Numbered from the stretch's first letter, positions 9,670 to 20,117 are shown. The stretch: DNA of 64,000 nucleotides from Bacillota bacterium (GCA_050951805.1 JBMNJT010000004.1:141096-205095), one strand, 5' to 3'. The notes: a model not told the origin generated them from the letters alone. Numbers and translations are program-made.

Positions 9670-12131
9670 GTGTGCGTGTGGAGGATCTGATCCGTGGGGA
9701 CGAGGTGTTCGTGTTTGACGGGGCATTTGGGACGATGCTTCAGGCGCGCGGTCTGCCTCCCGGAGCCTGTCCTGAAGTGTGGTGCCTAAAGTGCCCGGAA
9801 GAAGTGGAGCGGGTTCACCGCCAGTATATTGATGCCGGCGCGCAGGTGATCGAGACTTGCACTTTCGGGGGCACAGCTTTGCGGCTCGGACATTTCGGGC
9901 TAGCTCATGCGGCGCGGGAGATCAACCTGGCTGCCGTCGAGATTGCCCGGAGGGCTGCTGCCGACCGCGGAACGCTTGTGGCGGCTTCCATGGGCCCCCT
10001 GGGGGCATTGGTGGAGCCTTTGGGCGAAGTCAGTTTCGATGAAGCCTATCTGCAATTTGCGGAGCAGGCGGAGGCGTTTGCCCTGGCGCGACCGGACCTT
10101 ATCATCATCGAGACCATTGCCGATCTCAACGAGATGCGCGCAGCGCTCCTCGCGTGCCGCGATCGTGCGCCAGACATCCCGGTAATCGCCCAGATGACAT
10201 TCGATTCCACAGGCCGAACCTTCACCGGCACTCCGCCGGAGTCGGCCGCGCTCGTCATGGAGTCGATGGGGGCGTCTGTCGTGGGCGTCAACTGCTCTGT
10301 CGGCCCGGACCTGCTCGCAGATGTTGTAGCTCGGATGGGGGCTGTTACATCAAAGCCAATATCGGTCCAGCCCAATGCTGGACTGCCGCATGTGGGCCCA
10401 TCGGGGCGGGGCGAGTATCCAATGGGGCCTGAGGAATTCGCGTCCTACGGCCCTAAGCTGGTGTCGGCGGGAGCCTCTATCGTAGGGGGCTGCTGCGGAA
10501 CTACCCCGGAGCACATCGCAAGGCTTCGCAGTGCGCTGGAGGGGCTCCGGCCGATCGTGCGAAGGCGCGAGCCTGAGCTTGGTATAACTTCCCGGACTCA
10601 GCCTCTGTTTTTCGCCGATGCGGAGCTGCCCGCGATTGTGGGCGAGAGGATTAACCCAACTGGCAGGCGCAAACTTGCCCAAGACATTGTCGACGGCAGC
10701 TTCGAGCTAGTTCGGAAGGAAGCGGTTGCTCAGGCTAAGGCGGGAGCGCAAGCTCTCGATGTGAATGTGGGCACGCCTCTTGCGAACGAGCCGTGGGCGA
10801 TGTATGAAGCAGTGAAGGCGATTGAGGCGACCACTCGTCTGCCGCTCTGCCTCGACTCTTCATCTGCCGAGGCTCTCGAAGCAGGGCTTCGGGCTTATGC
10901 AGGCCGAGCCTTGGTCAACTCCTTCTCGCTGGAGCGTGGCAGGGAAGAGGACGTGCTGAGGCTTGCAGCCAGATACGGCGCGGCGGTGATAGGCTTGCCT
11001 ATCGACGAGAACGGGATTCCGGCGACGGCAGAGGACCGGCTGAGACTGGCTGAGCGGCTCGTCTCGAGCGCACAATCTCATGGAATCCCCCAAAATGCGG
11101 TGATCATCGACGCTTTGGCGATGCCTTGCGGGGCAAAGCAGGAACAGGCTGTGGAGACTCTCAAGGCCATAGAGATGATCCGCAAAGAGCTGGGCTGCAA
11201 GACTTCTCTGGGGATTTCCAATGTATCGTTCGGGCTTCCGAGCAAGCCCGTGTTGAACACTGCATTCTTGATGCTGGCCATCGCTGCCGGGTTAGACATG
11301 GCTATAGCTAACCCCCTTGATGAGGCGATGATGGCTCAGGTGCGGGCGGCAAGGGTCCTTCTCGGGCGGGATGTTAATGCGGAAAGATACATCTTGTGGG
11401 CGGGCGCGGCGTCGCCTGCACCTCATGGCGTTGCTGCCGATCCAGGCGGGAAGAAGAAGTTGACCTTGATCTATGATGCGGTCCTCGGGGGCGACAAGGA
11501 CCTCGCCGTAAGGTTTGTGGAGGAGGCGGTTTCGGAGGGAGAGGATCCGTCTTCTATCCTAAACGACGCGCTCATCCCGGCTATAGAAGAGACCGGACGG
11601 CGCTTCGCCTCAGGCGCTTACTTCCTCCCTGAACTGATGCTGTCGGCAGGGGCCATGCAGGCTGCAACTGAAGTTATCAGGTCCAGGGTAGGCAGCGCAG
11701 AGGATGCGCCGGCATCCCGAGGAACTGTGGTGATTGCCACAGTCGAAGGGGATATCCACGACATAGGCAAGAACATCGTCTCCATGTTCCTCGAAAGCAA
11801 CGGCTACAACGTAGTAGACCTGGGAAAGAACGTTAAGGCCAGGGATGTTCTGGCAGGGGCCAAGAAGGCAGGGGCCGACGTGGTCTGCCTGAGCGCGCTG
11901 ATGACAACGACGGCTCCGAAGATGCGCGAGTCGATAGAGCTTTTTTCAAGCGAGGGGTACGATTGCCCAATCATCATTGGAGGCGCAGCTACATCACGGG
12001 AGTACGCCATACGCATAGGAGCGGACGGATACGGCAGTGATGCCGTGGAAGCGGTCTTCGAGGTAGAAAGGCTTTTGGCAAGAAAGCGTGCTTTTGGGCG
12101 GCAAAGCGATCAAGTGGGAGGGAAAGAGTAG
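9666..12131 (+). CDS. metH: Cobalamin-dependent methionine synthase without the C-terminal reactivation domain
   Basis: Hcy domain (FDGAFGTMLQ, GVNCSVGP, GGCCGTTPEHI), pterin-binding domain (IVGERINPTG), B12 domain (GDIHDIGKNIV, LSALMTTT). ATG 9666 overlaps the metF stop. Confidence 0.92.
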   Translation: MSVRVEDLIRGDEVFVFDGAFGTMLQARGLPPGACPEVWCLKCPEEVERVHRQYIDAGAQVIETCTFGGTALRLGHFGLAHAAREINLAAVEIARRAAADRGTLVAASMGPLGALVEPLGEVSFDEAYLQFAEQAEAFALARPDLIIIETIADLNEMRAALLACRDRAPDIPVIAQMTFDSTGRTFTGTPPESAALVMESMGASVVGVNCSVGPDLLADVVARMGAVTSKPISVQPNAGLPHVGPSGRGEYPMGPEEFASYGPKLVSAGASIVGGCCGTTPEHIARLRSALEGLRPIVRRREPELGITSRTQPLFFADAELPAIVGERINPTGRRKLAQDIVDGSFELVRKEAVAQAKAGAQALDVNVGTPLANEPWAMYEAVKAIEATTRLPLCLDSSSAEALEAGLRAYAGRALVNSFSLERGREEDVLRLAARYGAAVIGLPIDENGIPATAEDRLRLAERLVSSAQSHGIPQNAVIIDALAMPCGAKQEQAVETLKAIEMIRKELGCKTSLGISNVSFGLPSKPVLNTAFLMLAIAAGLDMAIANPLDEAMMAQVRAARVLLGRDVNAERYILWAGAASPAPHGVAADPGGKKKLTLIYDAVLGGDKDLAVRFVEEAVSEGEDPSSILNDALIPAIEETGRRFASGAYFLPELMLSAGAMQAATEVIRSRVGSAEDAPASRGTVVIATVEGDIHDIGKNIVSMFLESNGYNVVDLGKNVKARDVLAGAKKAGADVVCLSALMTTTAPKMRESIELFSSEGYDCPIIIGGAATSREYAIRIGADGYGSDAVEAVFEVERLLARKRAFGRQSDQVGGKE

Positions 12132-13295
12132 ATGGGCTACAGGAGCTTTGAAGAGATAAACGAGAAGATACGCAGCAAAAAGGCGGTTGTTGTGACTGCT
12201 GAGGAGATAATAGAGATTGTGGACGAGAAGGGGGTAGAGGGGGCCTTTCGCGACGTGGATGTCGTGACTTGCGGCACTTTCAGCCCGATGTGTTCCTCAG
12301 GGGCTTTTCTCAACTTCGGCCACTCTGATCCTCCCATAAGGATGAGCCGCGTGTGGCTAAATGACGTGCCGGCATGCGCTGGGCTTGCTGCTGTAGACGC
12401 CTATATCGGTGCAACGGAGCTCTCGGAGACCGCGGGGATGGAATACGGGGGAGCGCACGTCATCGAAGACCTCATAGCAGGCAGAAAGGTGAGGCTTAAG
12501 GCCACTTCCTACGGGACAGACTGTTATCCTCGGCGCGCGCTCGAGGCATGGATTACCAAGGATTCAATCAATGAGGCCTACATGTTCAACCCCCGCAACT
12601 GCTACCAGAATTACGGGGCGGCGACCAATTCCTCGGACCGCACTATTTATACGTACATGGGAACACTCCTGCCCCACTTTGGGAATGTGAACTACTGCAC
12701 TGCAGGCGAGCTCAGCCCTTTGATAAACGACCCGTTCTACCGCACGATCGGGTTGGGTTCACGGATATTCCTCGGAGGCGCCCAAGGGTACGTTGCGTGG
12801 CAGGGAACCCAGAACAACCCGTCGCAGCCTCGGGCGGAAAACGGGGTTCCTATCGGCGGAGCGGCATGCCTCGCTCTTATAGGCGACCTAAAACAGATGG
12901 ATCCGAGATACATAAGGGCCGCCAGGTTCGAAAAGTATGGGGTGACCATGTTTGTCGGAGTGGGCACTGCCATTCCTCTGCTGGACGAGGAGATGGTCAG
13001 ATTCGTCGCGGTGCAAAACCGCGACATAAAGACGAAGGTCTTTGATTACAGCGTCGGTCGTCGATCCAAACCTGCATTGGCCGAAGTCTCCTACGAGGAA
13101 CTGCGGAGCGGGAGTGTTCAGATTGGGTCGCGCACGATCCCTACCGCGCCTCTTTCCAGCCTGAAGGTGGCGCGGGAGATAGCCCAGACGTTGAAAGGCT
13201 GGATTGCCCGAGGAGAGTTCCTGTTGCAGCAGCCTGTGGCGGCTCTTCCGCTCGAAGGCTCGCCGACTACACTAGATAACTGTGAGGGGGAGTAA
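12132..13295 (+). CDS. Homocysteine biosynthesis protein / L-aspartate semialdehyde sulfurtransferase (HcyBio, DUF39, MA1821-like)
   Basis: EEINEKIRSKKAVVVTAEE, DVVTCGTFSPMCSSGAFLNFGH, GGAHVIEDL, NPRNCYQNY, GELSPLINDP. Confidence 0.88.
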   Translation: MGYRSFEEINEKIRSKKAVVVTAEEIIEIVDEKGVEGAFRDVDVVTCGTFSPMCSSGAFLNFGHSDPPIRMSRVWLNDVPACAGLAAVDAYIGATELSETAGMEYGGAHVIEDLIAGRKVRLKATSYGTDCYPRRALEAWITKDSINEAYMFNPRNCYQNYGAATNSSDRTIYTYMGTLLPHFGNVNYCTAGELSPLINDPFYRTIGLGSRIFLGGAQGYVAWQGTQNNPSQPRAENGVPIGGAACLALIGDLKQMDPRYIRAARFEKYGVTMFVGVGTAIPLLDEEMVRFVAVQNRDIKTKVFDYSVGRRSKPALAEVSYEELRSGSVQIGSRTIPTAPLSSLKVAREIAQTLKGWIARGEFLLQQPVAALPLEGSPTTLDNCEGE

Positions 13296-13297
13296 GG

Positions 13298-13756
13298 ATG
13301 ACCGTGGAGAGGACTGTTGGGGCCGATGGCATAACTGATGCGACGACGGCAAAGAGAGTTAAGGCGTTGCTGACCTACCCTCCGGGCGCGGCAGGCAAGC
13401 CCATAACTTACTCCCTGATCCGCGAGTTCGATCTGTGGATCAATATTCTCCACGCCGAAATCGCCGCGGACAAAGCCGGCAAGCTCATCATGGACATACA
13501 GGGAAGCGTTGAAGATGTGGATCGGGGCTTGGAGTTCCTCGACGAAGAGGGCATTGGGTACGAGATCCTAAATGGCAGCATCGTTTGGGATGAGGACAAG
13601 TGCGTGCATTGTGGAGCATGCACGGCTGTATGCCCTTCGCACGCGCTCACTATGGATAACTGTGATTGGAGCCTTGTATTTGACAAAGAGAAATGCTATC
13701 TTTGCCGGTTGTGCGCCCGCACATGTCCCGTGGGGGCAATGAGCTCGCCCATATAG
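13298..13756 (+). CDS. NIL domain plus 2x[4Fe-4S] ferredoxin (MA1822-like)
   Basis: INILHAEI NIL motif; CVHCGACTAVCP and CYLCRLCARTCP. Confidence 0.88.
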   Translation: MTVERTVGADGITDATTAKRVKALLTYPPGAAGKPITYSLIREFDLWINILHAEIAADKAGKLIMDIQGSVEDVDRGLEFLDEEGIGYEILNGSIVWDEDKCVHCGACTAVCPSHALTMDNCDWSLVFDKEKCYLCRLCARTCPVGAMSSPI

Positions 13757-13766
13757 AGGGGGCGGG

Positions 13767-14633
13767 ATGGGCAAAGATAGGTTGGGGGAAAGTTGCGTGA
13801 GAGAAGCCTACGAACCGAGGAAATACAGGGAGCTTTTCAGCGCTCAAGATGTAATCTATTTCAGATGCGCCGTGGGGCAGACTGATCTTCAAGTCGGCGT
13901 TGGCTTCTCTTGCCCTGATTTTCGCGGGAAACTTCCCGAAGAGAGCTTTCTTCGGGATCATGTCTCGGGCGTTGTTCTTCGCGCCCGCAGAGATATCGAA
14001 AACTACATCGCCACTCACCCCGAGTTTCTCACTAGCCTCATCCCGGTGATTCCGCGGCCATGGGCGCCGCCTATTGTCAGATGGATGTGCGCCTGTGCTG
14101 CGCAGGCAGGGGTGGGGCCCATGGCCGCCGTGGCCGGCGCCATAAGCGAGACGGTTGGGATCAGCCTCCTGTCGGAGGATAGCCTTTCTAAGCTGTGGCA
14201 GCGCGAGCCTGACATTGGGAATCCTGATGGGCATCGAGCGAGGATAAGTGAAGTGATAGTGGAGAATGGGGGAGACGTGTTCATCGCCTCCAGCCGTTTG
14301 CGCAGGGTTGGAATCTACGCGGGCACGTCCCCTTTGAGTGGCAAGATTGCCCTGGAGATTGCTCCGGGCCAGACCCCTTGCGGCATCTGTACGTCTTCTG
14401 GAACGGTCGGGCATTCGCGCAGTTTCGGTAGATGCGACGGAGCCGTGATCGTTGCGAAAGACACAGCCCTCGCCGATGCCGTTGCCACTAGGGTCGCAAA
14501 TGTCGTGAAATCGAGGGAGGACATTGAAGAGGCGTTGGACACGGCTTCGAAGATTCCCGGCATAGTCGGGGCTGTTATCGTCATCGGCGATGCCTTGGGG
14601 GCATGGGGCGATATCAAGCTGGCGCCGGCGTGA
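13767..14633 (+). CDS. UPF0280 / ApbE-like protein (COG2122, MA1715-like sulfur assimilation)
   Basis: GVGPMAAVAGAI, IVENGGD, GICTSSGTVGHSRSFG, ALADAVAT. Confidence 0.87.
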   Translation: MGKDRLGESCVREAYEPRKYRELFSAQDVIYFRCAVGQTDLQVGVGFSCPDFRGKLPEESFLRDHVSGVVLRARRDIENYIATHPEFLTSLIPVIPRPWAPPIVRWMCACAAQAGVGPMAAVAGAISETVGISLLSEDSLSKLWQREPDIGNPDGHRARISEVIVENGGDVFIASSRLRRVGIYAGTSPLSGKIALEIAPGQTPCGICTSSGTVGHSRSFGRCDGAVIVAKDTALADAVATRVANVVKSREDIEEALDTASKIPGIVGAVIVIGDALGAWGDIKLAPA

Positions 14634-14733
14634 AGAAACATAGCAAATCGCAACATGGCTGACATTGAGCCCGGTTCCATTTTATCTGGGGCAACATAGA
14701 ATAAGCCAGACCTACCTCAGGAGGTGACCGGAC

Positions 14734-14844
14734 GTGGCCGACGTGACTGCCAGCCAGTGCTTCTGCCCTTGGTGGTTCTGGCTTTGGGTTGCGATCATCG
14801 CATTCATCGTGTGCTGCATCTGCCGTTTCGTGCTTTGCTGGTAA
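14734..14844 (+). CDS. Small Cys/Trp-rich membrane peptide A (36 aa)
   Basis: RBS AGGAGGTGA then GTG: MADVTASQCFCPWWFWLWVAIIAFIVCCICRFVLCW*. Frame and length conserved with the adjacent paralogue. Below ORF-track cutoff. Confidence 0.75.
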   Translation: MADVTASQCFCPWWFWLWVAIIAFIVCCICRFVLCW

Positions 14845-14930
14845 GGCACGATTTTCCTCCGCGCAAGTAAGATCAAGTTCGCTTCAGGCGTCATAGTATG
14901 GACCAGACATGCATCAGGAGGTGACCGGAT

Positions 14931-15041
14931 GTGGCCGAAGTGACTGCCAGCCAGTGCTGTTTTCCTTGGTGGATTTGGTTTTGGGTAGTGGTAATCGCAT
15001 TCATCGTGTGCTGCATTTGCCATTTTATGCTTTGCTGGTAA
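14931..15041 (+). CDS. Small Cys/Trp-rich membrane peptide B (36 aa)
   Basis: RBS AGGAGGTGA then GTG: MAEVTASQCCFPWWIWFWVVVIAFIVCCICHFMLCW*. Confidence 0.75.
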   Translation: MAEVTASQCCFPWWIWFWVVVIAFIVCCICHFMLCW

Positions 15042-15539
15042 GAACCAGCTCGTCCCCACGCTGGCAAAACAGCTCATCGCCTATATCGAGCTTGGACAAC
15101 GGCCCACGCGCCATCCGCCCGCCACGGTGGGCGGATGGCGTTGGTGATGCGTCCCGCCGCACCTGTTAAAAGAAAGGACGGACCCGTTGCAAGGACTGAT
15201 ATCCTTGACCACACAAAAGATGACAGGAAAGGTTGGAGATGAGCTTTTATCAGAAGGCGCGCGGCAGGGTCTTCCGCGAAATGGTCGTCACATATTGGCG
15301 CCGTGACCGCGTTGATGTTGATAGCGATAATCGCGTGCTGGATTCTGAAGCCCGAGCGGAAACCCGGACGTGTCTATAGAGCCGATTGTGGGTGCCGCTT
15401 TGGCTCCTGATCGATGATGATCAGCATTTCCGCCTCGCACAAGAACAGAGCAGCAGGACTGCGGCATCGGTGGTCTCTTTCCCTGCGCGATTTAGAGCAG
15501 GGAAGGGCGTCGTGCCGCAGTCAGCTTTGTCTCCACTCA

Positions 15540-16097
15540 TCAGCCAGCGTTTCCGCTCATCAGCTCCTCGAGTTCCTCAGAGTCTTTGCAGGCATACACG
15601 GCCTTGTAATAGGCCACATCCGCCATGCGGGCGCATTCTGCAAGGGTTATCTTTCGGCCGGCAGCCGCAAGTTCTCTGGCGGCTTCGAGTATCTTCTCTC
15701 TCGTCTGTTCTTTGGGCACTCTCTCATACTTCCCTCGCGGTTTCGACGGGGTCGCAGCGCGTCCCCCAGTTCCCGGACCCGCGGTGCCGATGGCTGAAAC
15801 CTGTGAGGCAGGGAGGCTGGGTGTGGGAAATGATGTGACTGCCAATCCTTCCTGAGGTTCGATTCTCTTCAGAAGCTCGAGAAGAGCCCTGTCTGTTCTG
15901 CTGGCCAAGGCCGCAAGGTCGCGGCGGACTAAGTCGAGGGATGCCACAACGGTGGCCAGCTGCTCTCCGATTCGCCTTTCCAGACCTACGGGATCGGCAA
16001 GGGCAGGCGAAGTCCTTGCGCCCGACAAGATGTCGAGTAGATTTGAGAATGCTGCTAGAGACTTCTTTCCAATCTCTTCGTAAGTGCCATTGTCCAC
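15540..16097 (-). CDS. Hypothetical protein with helical N-terminus and C-terminal TetR-like HTH
   Basis: RBS GAGGAGG before GTG 16097; C-terminus TREKILEAARELAAAGRKITLAECARMADV resembles an HTH. Confidence 0.6.
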   Translation of the reverse strand: MDNGTYEEIGKKSLAAFSNLLDILSGARTSPALADPVGLERRIGEQLATVVASLDLVRRDLAALASRTDRALLELLKRIEPQEGLAVTSFPTPSLPASQVSAIGTAGPGTGGRAATPSKPRGKYERVPKEQTREKILEAARELAAAGRKITLAECARMADVAYYKAVYACKDSEELEELMSGNAG

Positions 16098-16402
16098 ATT
16101 AGAGACCTCCTCGTACGACGGTGTTTCTTCTCTACTGCGCTTGAGTGCCGCTTCTTGCACAATAGCGGCATAATAGCGCTGTTTCCCACGAGAGCGCAAT
16201 TGGGTTGCACCTCCTGCCATATTATTATTTCCAAACTCGTTCATAATGTGTCATATGGATGGAAGATCGTCTGGATGACGCCTGCCCCGAACCGTGTTGG
16301 CTCGGGAAGGGTTGTCTCAAAGTGTTTATTGCGCCTACAATATACTAGCCGGGGAGAGTCGGCGCTATTCATCTTTATCTTCAGAAGACGGAGGGGTGAA
16401 GG

Positions 16403-18229
16403 GTGAAAGCGGAGATCAATCTGCCTTCGACAGCGGTGGTTTTGAGCCTTGATCCACGGCTCGAGGCTTCAATCCGGGTTGCTGTGTCATTGCGCAGAGA
16501 GCCCTTTCCTTCAGACGCGGATATGAGAATCATAACTTGCAGTACTCGGGCAGGGGCTGCGGAAGCCTTGGCCCGATATGTGGGGCAGCCCGTTCTCTCC
16601 ATTGTCCTTGTTGACGTGTCGCCTGGAGGCGGCTTTACCCTGGATGACGTTACCCTCATGGCGCGGCAGTTTCCTACGATTCCGGTGGTGGCTGTTGTGC
16701 CTCGCAACAAGGAGGACTTGGAGTATGAGGCGCTTCGCGCCGGGGCGTGCGACTACTTGATAAAAGGGGTCATCACTCCGAGCATATTCGCGAGGATGAC
16801 AAGGAGCGCAGAAAACTACTGGTCTGCAAAGAGCCTGGCCTTTGAGGGACTAGAAAAGGCCAAGACCTTGGCGCAAGCGATTCCCATAGCTCTGATGCTC
16901 GTTGATGATCGGGGTATCGTGATAGGTGGCTGGAACCCGGCGGCTGAAGAGGTGTTTGGCGTTGCGAGAAGGGACGCTCTCGGCAGACCGATGCCTGCGG
17001 TGAAATGGACTGGCAAGGAAGAGACTGCAGCCATTCTGGCGAGGGCTGTTGCCGGCGACTCCATATCTGGAATCGAGGTCCAGTGTCGGCGCGCGGACGG
17101 GGAATTGATAGATGCAATTGCCTTCTTTACCGCGCTTTACGAGGGGGACGAGCTCAAGGGCATACTGGCTCTTTTTGAGGATATCACCCAACGAAAGCGG
17201 GCGGAGAACGCGCTGCGCGACAGCGAGGTGCGGTTCAGGGGAGTTTTCGAGGGAAGCCAGCTTGGGATGGCGATTGCGGACACAAATATGCGGATTATCC
17301 ACGCAAACCCCGCTCTTGGGGAGCTGTTCGGATGTCTGCCGGAGGACTTGGCCGGGGTCATGGCAGAAGAACTGATCCACCCGGACGATGAAGCGGATAT
17401 TGCGTCGCGTGTGAGCAGGCTTCTGCGGGACAGGATAAGCTTTTTTACAGCGGAGAGCCGGTATGTGAGGATGGACGGCACGGTCTTTGTAGGCAGGTTG
17501 CTTGCGACTCTGTTCAGCGTCAGCCTGGAAGGGCCGCACTATGTCCTTTTTGCTCTGGAGGACATTACATTGCGCAAGATAGCCCAAGATCAGCTCGAGG
17601 CCAGCCTGGTCAAGCTCGCGCAGACTACGGAGGGAGCCATCCATGCAATGTCGCGGGTTGTGGAGATGCGCGACCCTTATACCGCGGGCCATCAGGAACG
17701 CGTGGCTTGCCTGGCACGGCACATCGCAATGGAACTGGGATACCCCAAGGACGCCGTGGACGGGATTTACTTCGGCTCGCTGGTGCATGACATAGGCAAG
17801 ATCGTGGTTCCGGGGGAGATACTGACTAAACCGGGCAAACTGAGCCCAATTGAGTTTTCGTTGATCAAGGCCCACCCTGAAGAGGGTTTTAAGGTGGTCA
17901 ATTCGATAGAATTTCCCTGGCCCATTGCGGACATGGTCCTTCAGCATCACGAGAGGCTGGACGGGTCGGGTTATCCAGCCGGCCTAGCCGGGGACGCGAT
18001 CTGCGAGGGGGCAAAGATAATTGCAGTTGCCGACGTGGTGGAGGCAATGTCGTCGCACAGGCCTTACAGGCCTTCTTTGGGAATGGATGCAGCATTGGAC
18101 GAGATAGTGAGCAAAAGTGGTATACTGTACGATCCTGAAGTGGTCCAGGCTTGCGTAAATGTAATCGCGGTCCATGGCGACCGCGCTCTCATGGGAACGG
18201 TTTCGGATTTGAATGGAGAAATGCCCTGA
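16403..18229 (+). CDS. REC-like-PAS-PAS-HD-GYP c-di-GMP phosphodiesterase
   Basis: Receiver-like N-terminus (ALRAGACDYLIKG), two PAS/PAC (WNPAAE, ANPALG, EDIT), TAGHQERV, HDIGK, HHERLDGSGYP. Confidence 0.9.
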   Translation: MKAEINLPSTAVVLSLDPRLEASIRVAVSLRREPFPSDADMRIITCSTRAGAAEALARYVGQPVLSIVLVDVSPGGGFTLDDVTLMARQFPTIPVVAVVPRNKEDLEYEALRAGACDYLIKGVITPSIFARMTRSAENYWSAKSLAFEGLEKAKTLAQAIPIALMLVDDRGIVIGGWNPAAEEVFGVARRDALGRPMPAVKWTGKEETAAILARAVAGDSISGIEVQCRRADGELIDAIAFFTALYEGDELKGILALFEDITQRKRAENALRDSEVRFRGVFEGSQLGMAIADTNMRIIHANPALGELFGCLPEDLAGVMAEELIHPDDEADIASRVSRLLRDRISFFTAESRYVRMDGTVFVGRLLATLFSVSLEGPHYVLFALEDITLRKIAQDQLEASLVKLAQTTEGAIHAMSRVVEMRDPYTAGHQERVACLARHIAMELGYPKDAVDGIYFGSLVHDIGKIVVPGEILTKPGKLSPIEFSLIKAHPEEGFKVVNSIEFPWPIADMVLQHHERLDGSGYPAGLAGDAICEGAKIIAVADVVEAMSSHRPYRPSLGMDAALDEIVSKSGILYDPEVVQACVNVIAVHGDRALMGTVSDLNGEMP

Positions 18230-18247
18230 GCTGTCAGGGCATTTCTC
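18216..18247. terminator. Hairpin between convergent genes, probably bidirectional
   Basis: GAGAAATGCCCTGA-GCTG-TCAGGGCATTTCTC, perfect 14-bp stem. Confidence 0.7.
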
Positions 18248-18254
18248 ATGCGAT

Positions 18255-20117
18255 CTATGCTAGCTTGAACCTGGCTGCAAGCTGCTGTAGCCTTGCTGCC
18301 ATGTCGGCAAGGGAATGGGAAGCAGAGGACATCTGCTGCAGCGAAGCGGTGATTTGCTCCGTTGAGGCCGCCACTTCCTCTACTGAAGCCGCGTTTTCTT
18401 CGGATATGGCAGCTACGTTTTCGATAGCTTTTTGCACTTGTTGTATGCTCGCTGCCATCTGCTGGGATGCCGCGGCGTTCTCGTCAGCCACTGCTACAAC
18501 TTCTACAGTGGCCTCGTTCACATCGCTCGCTCCCTCCATCAAGCTGTTGCTAGATTCGACTACTGAATGCGCAAGCTCTAGGTTGTTCGCGGCGTGGTTG
18601 CTTATGTTATGCAAAACCTCTGTGGATTCGATTACCAGTGGAAGGCTCTCTTCTACGAGATCGTTTGTGCCTCTGATGGCCGATGCCACTTTGCCTACTT
18701 CTGCCAATGTTTGCTCGATCAGTCCCGAGATGACCTTCGTTTCATTTAGCGAGCCCTCTGCGAGTTTCCGCACTTCGTCCGCTACCACCGCAAAACCGCG
18801 GCCCTGTTCGCCGGCGCGCGCCGCTTCTATGGCGGCGTTGAGAGCCAGAAGATTGGTCTGATCCGCGATATCCTCTATTACCTGCACCACCTGGACCATC
18901 TGGCGCGAACTTGCCTCTAGGTCTGCCGCCGCCTGCTCCACTTCGTTTGACGAGTTCTTTATCCTTTCCATGCTGGCGGCTACTTGGGCGACTGACCGGT
19001 CTCCCTTTTCGGCCTCTTTTGCTGTGGCATTTATGGCTTCTTCCATTTTCATAACGAAGTCATTTACATGGTCGAGCTCTTGCCCCATTTGGGCTATGAG
19101 GCGGGATACGTTCTGCAATTGCTGCGTTTGCTGGCCCGCTCCATCGGCTATCTGCTCGATTGCTGCAGCCACCTGCTGCGCGCCTGCGGCGGTCTCGCCG
19201 GCATTGGCGCTCTGTTGCTCGGCCCCTGAGGCCATCTCCTGGATTGCCGCGGAAATCTGCTGGGCAGCGTGGGCCGATTCCTCTCCGGATGCGGAGAGCT
19301 CTTCGCTGGTGCTCGCAACCTGCTCAGCTTCGTTTTGCATTTCGCTCAGCAAATTGGTTAGGTTTTCAACCATTTTCCTGGTGGATGTGGCAAGGTCTGC
19401 TATTTCGTCGCCTGTGTTGAGGATCGGCACTGAGACTGTGAGGTCTCCCTGGGCTACCGACTCCGCGGCGACCTGGATTGTCTTCACCGGTTTGGTGATG
19501 TTGCGGTTGAGGAGAATTGTCATGATAACCGCTATTGCTATGTTGGCTATCATGCCGACTAAGGAGATTAGATCGTTTATTCTGCTCGCGGACTCTGCTT
19601 TGGCAATTGACTGTCTGTTCTGATCCTGTATGAGCTGGATCCAATTATGGATTGTCTGGTCAAGTTCGTCTATGAGGAATACTTCTCTTTCTTCGATCAA
19701 AGCATAGGCCTCATCCATCATTTCGAATTCGACAAAGACGGAAATATCGTCTGCGAAGCTGTTGTAACGATTATTTATGTCGGTTAGGAGCTCCAACGCT
19801 CGCTGAGATTCCTTATCTTCGCACAGCGGCTGCATTTCATCGAAGAGCTGTAGAACGTCGTCATCTATGGTGTAGAACTTGACGATGGTGGCCGGGTCGC
19901 CTGTCATTACGTAGCCGCGCAAGGCTATGCCTTTTTCCAAGATCTCGCTTCGAACTTTCCAAACTATCGTTTCTAGGGGAAGATTTTGCTCAACAAGGTT
20001 TGCGTAGTGCTTCGTCGTTACCCTGTCAGTGTAGATGTTCGCCATGCTCATGATTAGCATGACCAAGAGGACGATTATGTAGGAAAAGATGATCTTGCCT
20101 CGTATTTTGAACTTCAT
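18255..20117 (-). CDS. Methyl-accepting chemotaxis protein 1 (helical-bundle-type sensor, HAMP, signalling domain)
   Basis: Two TM segments, [42 protein letters not shown]. Start MKFKIRG after RBS GGGAGG. Confidence 0.95.
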   Translation of the reverse strand: MKFKIRGKIIFSYIIVLLVMLIMSMANIYTDRVTTKHYANLVEQNLPLETIVWKVRSEILEKGIALRGYVMTGDPATIVKFYTIDDDVLQLFDEMQPLCEDKESQRALELLTDINNRYNSFADDISVFVEFEMMDEAYALIEEREVFLIDELDQTIHNWIQLIQDQNRQSIAKAESASRINDLISLVGMIANIAIAVIMTILLNRNITKPVKTIQVAAESVAQGDLTVSVPILNTGDEIADLATSTRKMVENLTNLLSEMQNEAEQVASTSEELSASGEESAHAAQQISAAIQEMASGAEQQSANAGETAAGAQQVAAAIEQIADGAGQQTQQLQNVSRLIAQMGQELDHVNDFVMKMEEAINATAKEAEKGDRSVAQVAASMERIKNSSNEVEQAAADLEASSRQMVQVVQVIEDIADQTNLLALNAAIEAARAGEQGRGFAVVADEVRKLAEGSLNETKVISGLIEQTLAEVGKVASAIRGTNDLVEESLPLVIESTEVLHNISNHAANNLELAHSVVESSNSLMEGASDVNEATVEVVAVADENAAASQQMAASIQQVQKAIENVAAISEENAASVEEVAASTEQITASLQQMSSASHSLADMAARLQQLAARFKLA

